64,000 nt of DNA from an uncultured bacterium (lineage in GTDB: Bacteria > Hinthialibacterota > Hinthialibacteria > OLB16). The notes beneath the pieces were generated by a model. That model saw nothing but the letters and a program-made list of their open reading frames with translations, had not been told where the DNA came from and ran no database searches. The translations under genes were made by a program, and so were the position numbers. Location: positions 20,221 through 84,220 of the forward strand of contig CAYZUX010000002.1 of NCBI GenBank assembly GCA_964481775.1, read 5' to 3'. Each line of letters starts with the position of its first letter. Within the stretch, counting starts at the first letter, position 1. Positions 10,145 to 18,694 of this stretch are shown piece by piece.

Positions 10145-11272
10145 CTACTCCCTGTATTGACTGAAGAACTCCGCCAGCCGGTCTCCGAGGACCTCCATGC
10201 TGTAATGATCGACAGCAGTCAGACGCGCATGACGGGAGATGCTTTTCCTCAGCTCGTGATCCCTCGCCAAAGTAAGCATGGCATCGGCCATTCCATCCAG
10301 GCTGTTCACCAGCAAGCCGTTTTCACGATCACGGATCACATAACCGACCTCTCCAATATTGGAGGCCACGACCGCAAGTCCTGTTGCCAGATACTCGAAA
10401 AGTTTGGTGGGTGATTTGCTCCTGACCCACTCGTTGTCCACAGCGAAGGGAAGGATACCCACATCTGCCTCCCGCAAGATGCTAGGCATGGCTTGAGGCG
10501 GGAACCAGCCGTGAAAGATGATCGGAACATGGTCATAATGGGTCTTGGTAAACTCCACCAGCCTGTGCCAATGAAAGCCACCTCCCACAATCATCATCCG
10601 GCTGTTGGGAAACTCCCGGTTGACTCTCTCGAAGGCCTGAATGGCCAACACCACGCAGTTGAAGATTTCATCTCCCCATACAATCCCATTCCACAGGTAG
10701 GTGAGCGGTGCATCGGGCGAGTGGTCTTCGCGTGGCGGGTGGAAATCACCGGTGTCGACACCCGTCTCGATCCGGGTTACCCGTGGGTTGAGCGGACGCA
10801 TGTAATCCTCAAGGGCATGGCTGCTGACCACGCAGCCCGCCGCACGGCGCGCCATCTTCTCGGTGATCACATCCCATTTGTGCGATCCAAAAAGAAGCCG
10901 GTTCCAACGCCCACGATGGAAGAAGTTGGAGAGCGGAACATCATAATCATCATAGTCCAGGATGAAGCGTTTACGCAAAAAACGGTGTAGCAGGAATGGG
11001 GCGGCGGAGTGGAAATGGACTTTCTGGACATACAGGAAATCAGCATGCTTGAGCAGGAGTTTCCAGGTGGCACGCAACACCAGCTTCATCTTGTCCCGGT
11101 CACGCAGGTGGGCATACATGTCCTCCTCGCGCAGATGTTCAGCCAGGTGGTCCTTGAATGAAAAGACCTCGGTCTCGAAACCTCTTTCCTTGAGTGCCTT
11201 GGCGAACCCATAGCACCGGACCCGGGTATGGGGGTATTGCATCCCGCTATGGCCAACAAAAACAATCTTCAT
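10145..11272 (-). CDS. Glycosyltransferase family 4 (GT-B, group 1)
   Basis: MKIVFVGHSGMQYPH N-terminal fold. EX7E-type motif SKSPTKLFEYLATGLAVVAS. ATGA overlap with the upstream rhomboid-like gene. Confidence 0.7.
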   Translation of the reverse strand: MKIVFVGHSGMQYPHTRVRCYGFAKALKERGFETEVFSFKDHLAEHLREEDMYAHLRDRDKMKLVLRATWKLLLKHADFLYVQKVHFHSAAPFLLHRFLRKRFILDYDDYDVPLSNFFHRGRWNRLLFGSHKWDVITEKMARRAAGCVVSSHALEDYMRPLNPRVTRIETGVDTGDFHPPREDHSPDAPLTYLWNGIVWGDEIFNCVVLAIQAFERVNREFPNSRMMIVGGGFHWHRLVEFTKTHYDHVPIIFHGWFPPQAMPSILREADVGILPFAVDNEWVRSKSPTKLFEYLATGLAVVASNIGEVGYVIRDRENGLLVNSLDGMADAMLTLARDHELRKSISRHARLTAVDHYSMEVLGDRLAEFFSQYRE

Positions 11273-12426
11273 CCGGTTCCCCGAAAAGGCCTCCCCTCGA
11301 CTTCCTTCACTTGCTCGATCAGATCGATCACCTCGCCAAAGCGATGGTGATCCTTATACCTGTCATAAAGGTTCCTGAGAAGGTCTTTGGCCTCCTGGAT
11401 ATCTCCCAACCGGTGAAGCGCGATTCTCGAAAGACGAAGTCCGGCTTCGAAGGTCACATTCACATCATTCTCTGTCCGGAGAACATCCCGGTAAACCGAA
11501 CCGGCTGCAAGGACATCGCCCAGAACCGGAAGCTGATTGGCAAGGTCCATCCTTTCACCGGTAGTCACTGGGAGAGAATTCTCTGTCTTGCGGGTTCTAC
11601 GATAGATTTCAAAGGCTGCTTTTGGAACATCCGCCTTAAGGGCTGACTGGAAATTCCGGTAATCCAGTTTGACTTGTTTCCGTAACTGGATCTCCTCCAG
11701 GCGTTGGCGTGAATGTTCAAGAATTCGCGACCTGGGGAGATAACGTACCCACAAGGCAATCCCGGCGCCCGCAAGGAAGCCACCCAGTGGAACCGTGTAA
11801 CTGGCCACCGAGAGATCCCCCATCCAGTAGGACTCACCAAGTTTCAGCGAGAGCCAGATGGGGATACAGGCAATGGCCGGGAGGGTAATGGTATCCTTGA
11901 CTGGCTGGTACATGAAGTGAATCAGCCAGACAAACAGAAACCGGCATTCGAGGTTTGGCAGGAGGAACAGCTGCGCCGCAAAGAGAGCGGTGACAAGCGA
12001 ATCGGCGCCGGTCATAGAGTATGCACCACCAGCATAATCCGCGTAATACCACAGTCCCCAGGAATATGCCCAGCTCCCCGCGACAGCTCCAGACATGAGT
12101 AGAAGGACATAGCGTCGCCAGCCAAGCCGTTCCTCGACATAGCACCCGAAAAGCCAGAGAAAGATCAGATTGAGAATCAGGTGGAAAACATTCGTGTGAA
12201 CCAGAGAGCTGGTGAGGTAGCTCCACGGGTGGGGGTTGTTGCCGGTGTAAGCGAAGAGGCGAATGACCGCATCACGACTCCCGGCCTGAAAATCCGCGAA
12301 GGTCTCGCCAACCCAATAGACAAAAAGGATAAACCAGATCAGGCACAATGCGGCCAGCAGTCCATAGGTTGCCCTCGGGACCTCTTGGAGAGGCGTCTCC
12401 GCAGCGACCGGGAGGATAATGAACAT
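11269..12426 (-). CDS. Rhomboid-like polytopic membrane protein with C-terminal TPR-like domain; catalytic His apparently missing
   Basis: TM2 motif LVHTNVFHLILNLIFLWLFG (H..HL..N). TM4 LLLMSGAVAG carries the candidate Ser. The TM6 position reads VPLGGFLAGAG with no His. Soluble TPR-like C-terminus. Confidence 0.5.
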   Translation of the reverse strand: MFIILPVAAETPLQEVPRATYGLLAALCLIWFILFVYWVGETFADFQAGSRDAVIRLFAYTGNNPHPWSYLTSSLVHTNVFHLILNLIFLWLFGCYVEERLGWRRYVLLLMSGAVAGSWAYSWGLWYYADYAGGAYSMTGADSLVTALFAAQLFLLPNLECRFLFVWLIHFMYQPVKDTITLPAIACIPIWLSLKLGESYWMGDLSVASYTVPLGGFLAGAGIALWVRYLPRSRILEHSRQRLEEIQLRKQVKLDYRNFQSALKADVPKAAFEIYRRTRKTENSLPVTTGERMDLANQLPVLGDVLAAGSVYRDVLRTENDVNVTFEAGLRLSRIALHRLGDIQEAKDLLRNLYDRYKDHHRFGEVIDLIEQVKEVEGRPFRGTG

Positions 12427-12433
12427 GGAGAGT

Positions 12434-13945
12434 TCACCCCCGCCAGGCTGGCAGGATGACGGAAAAAGTACTGCCTTTCCCGTATTCGCTCTGAACTGTC
12501 AGCCTTCCGCCATGAGCATCCACTATCGACTTAGCGATGGAAAGCCCCAGGCCTGTTCCAGAGATTTTGCGAGTTTCGGGGCTGCGAACACGGAAGAAGC
12601 GTTGGAAAAGACGGGCCTGATCCTCAGGCTGAAGCCCGATGCCACTGTCAGTCACCTTAAGAATGACAGTCTCACCACAGGATTCACCGGAAACCTCGAC
12701 AGCCCCTCCCTCTGAGGTGTATTTGATGGCATTACTGAGCAGATTAGTGAGCACCTGTAGAAGGCGGTCGGAATCCCCCGCCGCATGGGGGGCACCCGAA
12801 ACCTGTTTTGTGAGTGATATGTTGCGGTTTGCCGCTTCATTACGAAAGGAAAGGACGGCGAAGTTGATCAGGTACTCCAGGTCCACATCCCCACTGTTCA
12901 TTTCCACCTTCCCGGCCTCCAAACGGGAAAGGTCAAGCATATCATCCACCAACGCCGCCAGTTTGGCTCCATTCCGTTTTGCAACTGATAGAAAATTGGC
13001 TTGCTCTTCTCTGACCGGATGAGAAGGATCCGTCAACACCAGATCGATGTAACCGATAATGTTGGCCAATGGTGAGCGGATCTCGTGGGAGACAATGGAG
13101 ATCAGGTCAGTCTTCATCCGGTCCAGTTCGGCCTGTTTGGTCACATCACGAAGATTCAGGACAACCCCCCCCTCCTCGGAAGACCCTTGCCTGTGCCGGA
13201 TCGGAGCAAGGGAAAGCTCGACCACTTTCTCCTGGAGGTCGAGGCTGAACCTGGCAGATTCGCCCTCTCCCGGATTGGGCCCCTTTTTTTCAAGCATCTG
13301 GGCGATCAATGAAATCTTGCCCCCGGGAGGACAGTCCTCCAGAGAGAGGCCAAGCACCTCGCCCGGATCCAGGTCGAGAATCCGGCAGGCGGCCTCATTG
13401 ATCTGGCTGATCATTCCGCCGGCATCGATCACCAGGAGCCCCTCTCCCATGCTGGAGAGAACCGCTTCAGTCTTGCCTTTCTCCTCCGCCAGCTGAGCTG
13501 TTTTATCAAGCAGTTCAGCACTGAGTTGATGGACTGTCTGTTGCACGGCCGAAAGCCGGGTTGTCAGGTGAAGTGCCTGCAAGGCCAATCGTTCCGTGGT
13601 TTGGGTTTCCTTCTCACGGGGATGGATGACCATCAGAAAAGCGGGCCAACCGGGCTCCCGGAACACGTTGATTTGAGACGGGAAAGAAAAACCATCCTGA
13701 TTCTTCAGATCCAACTCACACACGAATTCCCCTTCAACGATTCCATGAAGCTCCACCGCCAGTTCATTGGCAAAGGTCTTATCAACAATCAGATCGGTCA
13801 GGCTGTTGCCCTCCAAAGCATTTCCACACCCCAGGAGAAGCTCCGCAGCCGGATTAGCCCATTGAATCCGGCAATCCCTGTCTACCTCCAGGACTGGATC
13901 CCGGATGCTGGAGAGCAATGAAGAGAATGAGAGCAGATCAGTCAT
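12434..13945 (-). CDS. Soluble sensor histidine kinase (two PAS domains, HisKA, HATPase_c)
   Basis: H-box SHEIRSPLANIIGYIDL. G-boxes VTDSGIGLQPED and GTGLGLSIAKSIV. No TM segment. Its start overlaps the upstream solute-binding-protein stop by 1 nt. Confidence 0.85.
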   Translation of the reverse strand: MTDLLSFSSLLSSIRDPVLEVDRDCRIQWANPAAELLLGCGNALEGNSLTDLIVDKTFANELAVELHGIVEGEFVCELDLKNQDGFSFPSQINVFREPGWPAFLMVIHPREKETQTTERLALQALHLTTRLSAVQQTVHQLSAELLDKTAQLAEEKGKTEAVLSSMGEGLLVIDAGGMISQINEAACRILDLDPGEVLGLSLEDCPPGGKISLIAQMLEKKGPNPGEGESARFSLDLQEKVVELSLAPIRHRQGSSEEGGVVLNLRDVTKQAELDRMKTDLISIVSHEIRSPLANIIGYIDLVLTDPSHPVREEQANFLSVAKRNGAKLAALVDDMLDLSRLEAGKVEMNSGDVDLEYLINFAVLSFRNEAANRNISLTKQVSGAPHAAGDSDRLLQVLTNLLSNAIKYTSEGGAVEVSGESCGETVILKVTDSGIGLQPEDQARLFQRFFRVRSPETRKISGTGLGLSIAKSIVDAHGGRLTVQSEYGKGSTFSVILPAWRG

Positions 13946-15057
13946 CAGCGCTTTTTCCCCTGTCCACGCACCTGTTCATCCCAACGGCGCATCCAGTCAT
14001 TCATCCGTTCCAGGTACACACCCCAATCCAGTGACAGGGACACATAGTTCAGGTTGCGCATCCATTCAGGCATTGACTCTGCAGGTAGGCCTTGACGGGC
14101 CGGGATCCTGTAAAAGGGATCACCCGCGAGACGGATAGCGCTGGTGGTGGAGGTCACGAACTCGTAATAGGCCCTGGCTGCATGGGGGTGTTGGGCACCT
14201 TTGATCAAGGCGATCCCATCCAGGATGACAGGGCATCCACTCTCTGGAAAGACAACTTCGAAGGGATATTGATAGCGGCTTTTCTGCATCATGATGTCAG
14301 ACAGAGTCCAGACGCTGAGTGCTCCGACCCGTTGTGCGACCTTGCGGAACAGGAGCTCTCCACCGGAAAGATACTCCTTCACATTCCGGTCCACCTCCAG
14401 CATCCACTCGAAGGCATCGTCCTCATTCCCGGTCAGTTTGACCGACTGTTGAATCTTGCCAAAAAAGATCGCTCGCATGGTATCGGAGGGGATGGGATAA
14501 CGCAGAAGAATCTGGTCTTTGTAACGGGGGTCGGCCAGATCCTCCCAGTCGGTGGGCGCATTTTCGGGAGAGATCAACTCTGAATTGTAGAAGATGATCT
14601 CCGGCGAGAGGAAAGTGGGATACCAGAGGTCCTGGGGATCATGCTGAGCCGGGCTGACTTGATCCGCCCAGGAGGGTTTGTAGCTTTCCAGAAGGCCTTC
14701 TTTCGCCGCCACCATGAAAGTGGTGTGACCCGCTCCCCACCAGACATCCGCGAGCGGATTCTGGTGTTCATTCCGAACTCTTTCCAGGCATTGTTGGGAG
14801 GGCAGGTACAGGAAATCGACCACCGTTCCAGGATATTGGGCTTCAAAACGCTCCTTGAAGTCACCGAGGATTTCCTTTCCATGCGGCGAGTAAACAATCA
14901 CCTTCTCCTCAATCCCCAGGGGGGTTACCGCGGGATGTTCAATCCCTCCACCACACCCAGCCAGGCAGAGTATGATCCCAATGGCCGCAAACCGCACATT
15001 AACAAGGATCAGGTGGTGTTTCATGGGACCCAGTATATCCGCAGGAACATGGTTCAA
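13945..15057 (-). CDS. Periplasmic solute-binding lipoprotein (ABC-type SBP, Fe3+/polyamine-like family 1); no permease or ATPase nearby
   Basis: Lipobox IILCLAGCGGG. SBP-like VIVYSPHGKEILGDFKERFEAQYPGTVVDFLY...ADVWWGAGH. Confidence 0.6.
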   Translation of the reverse strand: MNHVPADILGPMKHHLILVNVRFAAIGIILCLAGCGGGIEHPAVTPLGIEEKVIVYSPHGKEILGDFKERFEAQYPGTVVDFLYLPSQQCLERVRNEHQNPLADVWWGAGHTTFMVAAKEGLLESYKPSWADQVSPAQHDPQDLWYPTFLSPEIIFYNSELISPENAPTDWEDLADPRYKDQILLRYPIPSDTMRAIFFGKIQQSVKLTGNEDDAFEWMLEVDRNVKEYLSGGELLFRKVAQRVGALSVWTLSDIMMQKSRYQYPFEVVFPESGCPVILDGIALIKGAQHPHAARAYYEFVTSTTSAIRLAGDPFYRIPARQGLPAESMPEWMRNLNYVSLSLDWGVYLERMNDWMRRWDEQVRGQGKKR

Positions 15058-15063
15058 TAGAGC

Positions 15064-16230
15064 CTACCTGGTCCGCGGTCCTGATTTGTTTCCCTCCACA
15101 TGGCAGTAGATACAGGGACGGTCACGGAGCATGTTTTTATCACTTGTCCAACCGCGTGGATGAGGATTGAAAGCATCACTGAAGACTGAGTGACACTGCA
15201 CGCAATTGCTATCACGTCCCTGGTCATGGCAAGCCGCACAGGTGGCGATCTCGCGCCGTGCAACAAGCCCATGGAAGCTGGGAGAAGCGGGATCGGAATA
15301 GCCGACCGGATGCGGCGAGGTGAGGAACTGATCCTGGGCGGGATTGTCCGCCACCCCATGCTGCTGATGACATTGCTCACAGTAACTGGGGCGATGGCAC
15401 GTGATACAAAGGGCCGGGTCATTGCGAGCCTCGATGAAGTGGCGCGACAGGTAGTCCGCGGAGTGGATGAACTGCCGGTCCGTACGTCCATGGTGTTTCA
15501 TGTTCGCGGCGAGCTCATCACTCTGATTGGCATGACACTCCATGCAGTCATCCTGGGTGTGACACTGGACACAGACACCTGTCTGGGACCAGGTGTACTG
15601 CTGATGATCGCGAAGGAAGTCACCTTCATGGCTGAAACGAGACATGGGTTTCAGTCCGATCGAGTAGAGATCCTTGTGGCAGTTCATGCATTGCAGGTCC
15701 TGGTATTGCTTTTCATGGTAATGACAGTTCAGGCACACCTGCATCACGGGGATGTTACGGTCAGACATGCGGGTACTGCGGCGGTTGGTGGTGTGACAAT
15801 ACTCACACCCTTTCTCCATGCCGGGCAGGCCGATGTGCTGCTTGTGAGAAAAATGAAGCGCGGTACGTACCGGCGGGACCTTCGCTTCGGGAATAATGTG
15901 GCACTTGCTGCACTCATCGTTGTTGAACCACTCCTGATGGCATTTCAGGCAGGTTTTCATGGGAGGTGTATGCTGACCGGTATCATCAGTGGATTCCTTG
16001 ACCGAACGGTGGCAGTAGTCGCAGTCCATCCCCACCTCCGGGCCGAGGTGAAGGCTGTGACTGTAATGATGGGTCTCATAGGGGGTAGGGCGGGGCGGCA
16101 ACCACCCGGACTTCATCAGCACCGCACAGCCAGCCAGCAGGATGATGGCGCTGATCAGCATCAGGGGGAGCGCTTGAAAAAGGTACCAGCCCAAGTTGCG
16201 ATGAAGTCTTTCTATCATGGGCATGCTCAC
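15064..16230 (-). CDS. Multiheme cytochrome c lipoprotein (13 CxxCH motifs)
   Basis: 13 CxxCH motifs in 388 aa (CDYCH, CLKCH, CSKCH, CEYCH, CLNCH, CMNCH, CVQCH, CMECH, CITCH, CEQCH, CAACH, CVQCH, CIYCH). N-terminal signal with lipobox LLAGC. Confidence 0.85.
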   Translation of the reverse strand: MSMPMIERLHRNLGWYLFQALPLMLISAIILLAGCAVLMKSGWLPPRPTPYETHHYSHSLHLGPEVGMDCDYCHRSVKESTDDTGQHTPPMKTCLKCHQEWFNNDECSKCHIIPEAKVPPVRTALHFSHKQHIGLPGMEKGCEYCHTTNRRSTRMSDRNIPVMQVCLNCHYHEKQYQDLQCMNCHKDLYSIGLKPMSRFSHEGDFLRDHQQYTWSQTGVCVQCHTQDDCMECHANQSDELAANMKHHGRTDRQFIHSADYLSRHFIEARNDPALCITCHRPSYCEQCHQQHGVADNPAQDQFLTSPHPVGYSDPASPSFHGLVARREIATCAACHDQGRDSNCVQCHSVFSDAFNPHPRGWTSDKNMLRDRPCIYCHVEGNKSGPRTR

Positions 16231-17684
16231 TCGTAGGACCTGTAGAATGCCGGAACCGGAAGATCGGTGTGTGGAAGCCAGCGCCCTCCATACCCAGGAT
16301 AGTCTCCAATCAGATCCTGGGTGACACCACCCACCATCCGCTTGTCAAACCAGTAGGTGACTGAGAACAAGACCTGGAACTCCGTGTTATCGACCGCACT
16401 ATCCACATACCGTAATGTACCCACCGCTTCGAGGCGTTTGGTGGGACGGTATCCGACACTCTGCGCCAAAGAGAAACTGTGCGGAGATCCATTCACCGGG
16501 TCACGATAGAGGGTCGCCGCTGCCTCCCAGGATGTCCACAGCCAGGAGGTATAATAATGGTGGTCAGTGATCCGGAAGCGGTCAAATCCATTATCGATGG
16601 ATTCGTAGCGGTCATCGCCCTCGATGAATGCAATCCCCTGCTCCGGCGGTTCGACATGGCGCAACTCCAGCGAGAGAGAACTGTCATCCTGGTAATAATA
16701 ACGGGCTCCCAGACGGTACTCCCAATAGCTCTTCCCGGGCACATGGAACAGGGGATTCGCCCCCCCTGGGCTATCGGAATCGTAACGAACTGCCTCCAAC
16801 CAGAGCCTCCAGTCACGGTCCGGGGTGAACTCGAGTCCAGCAGCGATTTCCTTAATCTCATCATTGGAAAAAACCGACAGCACCGAGGTCTGGGGTAAGA
16901 GGGCCCCTGGAATCGTTTCATCATAGCTGAGAGTGAACTTCGCACAGGGATGGAATTTCAAACCAGCAAATAATCCCAGGTCGATGATATCATCCGTGAT
17001 GGTGTCATAGGTGACATGCTCGGAAAGCTCGACCCAGTAAAGGGGACGCCAAAAGAAATCCTGCGTGAATGCCTCCCGATCCAGGTCGCCGTCATCGGTC
17101 CGGTAGACATAGGAGAGTCCCACTTCGGAACCCAGGAAAGGCCTTACCCAAACGCGGCCCCCACCGACACGGTCATTGCTTTTGCCGCCATAGTCCGAAA
17201 CCACGGGGAGTCCACCGAAAAGAGAGTAACCATGGCCACCATCCAGTTGTTTGGACCACAAGAGCCCATCGAACCTCTCATATAGACCACCCTCAAAGAC
17301 ATACTGACGTCCAAAGCGGGCGTAGGTGTTGGGCTGACGTGGATCCTGCCACTGAAAATACCCAGTCAATAACTCGGATTCAAAAGAGTCATCGGCCTGG
17401 TAGTAGGCATAATCCGACTGATCCCAGAGATCCTGACGTACCCAGCCAGATCCATGAAAAGACCATCCGCTCCGATTAAACTCTGAGAGATGGAGGGTCA
17501 TGTACTGCCGGATCGGAAGGAAATAGTCTTCATCAGGATCAAGGAGACGTTCTTCGCGGAGGTAGACATGCGAACGGAGCTGGCCTTCCATCCGGAGGGC
17601 ATGAACAGGAGGTATGTTCACAATCCCCCAAACGAGACTCAGTCCCACCAGAAAGCAAAACTGCCTCACCCTCCAAGGAGGCAC
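16227..17684 (-). CDS. Putative outer-membrane beta-barrel protein (porin-like), translationally coupled to the multiheme cytochrome
   Basis: Signal peptide ending VHA. Y/W/D/G-rich with alternating amphipathic stretches (TEFQVLFSVTYWF, LEAVGTLRYV). 4-nt overlap with the cytochrome start. No family assignment possible by eye. Confidence 0.45.
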   Translation of the reverse strand: MPPWRVRQFCFLVGLSLVWGIVNIPPVHALRMEGQLRSHVYLREERLLDPDEDYFLPIRQYMTLHLSEFNRSGWSFHGSGWVRQDLWDQSDYAYYQADDSFESELLTGYFQWQDPRQPNTYARFGRQYVFEGGLYERFDGLLWSKQLDGGHGYSLFGGLPVVSDYGGKSNDRVGGGRVWVRPFLGSEVGLSYVYRTDDGDLDREAFTQDFFWRPLYWVELSEHVTYDTITDDIIDLGLFAGLKFHPCAKFTLSYDETIPGALLPQTSVLSVFSNDEIKEIAAGLEFTPDRDWRLWLEAVRYDSDSPGGANPLFHVPGKSYWEYRLGARYYYQDDSSLSLELRHVEPPEQGIAFIEGDDRYESIDNGFDRFRITDHHYYTSWLWTSWEAAATLYRDPVNGSPHSFSLAQSVGYRPTKRLEAVGTLRYVDSAVDNTEFQVLFSVTYWFDKRMVGGVTQDLIGDYPGYGGRWLPHTDLPVPAFYRSYE

Positions 17685-17870
17685 ATCGAGACCTCCAAAA
17701 AGAAGTTTCCCCCTCCCGATGCCGGGATCGATTATGCCCCAATAACTTGCTTTGGGGAATCATCTAAAGACATAATAGACGGACCTGTATCAATCACCTC
17801 AGATTGAGGGACTCCAGTAAGTAACATCATTCCTGCAGAGAAGGAGGCAACGGTTACGCGCACCATCCTG

Positions 17871-18662
17871 GTGGTTGAGGAAAGGGGGGTATCCAAAACC
17901 ACCCTCGAATCGCTGGTCCCACAAGAGGGATACAAAGTTGATTCTGTTCCTGGCTATTTTGAGGCTCTTTATAGAATCTCCAGGGAACGTTTTGATATCG
18001 TCCTTGTCAGTCAATCCTTGAAAGAAATGAGTGGGATTGAGATCCTTACCACGGCCAAATCGCTCGGTTTTGTTGAAAGCCATGAAAAAGGAACCCGTCC
18101 AGTGTTTATCCTTTTTTGCGAAAAGAGCGATGAGAAGGTCATTCTCCAGGCTTGGTCAGCCGGTTTTCGCCACGTGTTGTCCAGAGGTATCACCTCAGAG
18201 CGGTTTCGTGAGATCGTTGATGAGTGCCTGGGTCCTCCAGAGGAACCATCCATCCAGGAAGAGGTAACCGAGGCAGAGCAGAACCAGGAAGAAGAGGCTG
18301 CTTCAGAAAACGTCTCTCTGCCGATTCATCGTGGTGTTATCAGTCTTCTGCGGATCGAGGATCTGGGAGACACCCTTGTCTATTACCTTGGTGGAAATCT
18401 TAGCAAGGGAAGTGGATACCTGGAGCTGAGAGAATCGATCGTCACCCGCTTGAAGCAAGGAAAGGTCAAACAGGTTGTCCTCAACTGCAGTGAAGTTTCT
18501 TACGTGAACTCCAGTGGAATCGCCGGCCTGGTTTCCCTGAGGAACGAAATTGCGAAGCTGGGAGCGGAGATGTCCCTGATTGCTGCCCAGGAACAAGTCT
18601 TCAATGTATTGGCAAGGCTCGATTTGCTCCGTACCCTCCAATACCGTCCAACCGCCCGCTGA
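17871..18662 (+). CDS. Pseudo-receiver (REC-like, phospho-acceptor Asp replaced) fused to STAS/anti-sigma-factor-antagonist domain
   Basis: N-terminus TILVVEE...DIVLVSQSL resembles CheY KILVVDD...DLVISDWNMP, but the acidic pair and phospho-Asp are substituted. The C-terminal STAS domain keeps the phosphorylatable SSG (VNSSGIAGLV). Start codon is uncertain (GTG at 17871). Confidence 0.55.
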   Translation: MVEERGVSKTTLESLVPQEGYKVDSVPGYFEALYRISRERFDIVLVSQSLKEMSGIEILTTAKSLGFVESHEKGTRPVFILFCEKSDEKVILQAWSAGFRHVLSRGITSERFREIVDECLGPPEEPSIQEEVTEAEQNQEEEAASENVSLPIHRGVISLLRIEDLGDTLVYYLGGNLSKGSGYLELRESIVTRLKQGKVKQVVLNCSEVSYVNSSGIAGLVSLRNEIAKLGAEMSLIAAQEQVFNVLARLDLLRTLQYRPTAR

Positions 18663-18694
18663 GGCATTACCGTTCGGGTGTAACCCAAAACGAA

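Noticed and set aside
15190-16236. 348-aa plus-strand ORF
   Set aside because: Antisense to the multiheme cytochrome gene, whose CxxCH periodicity validates the minus frame.
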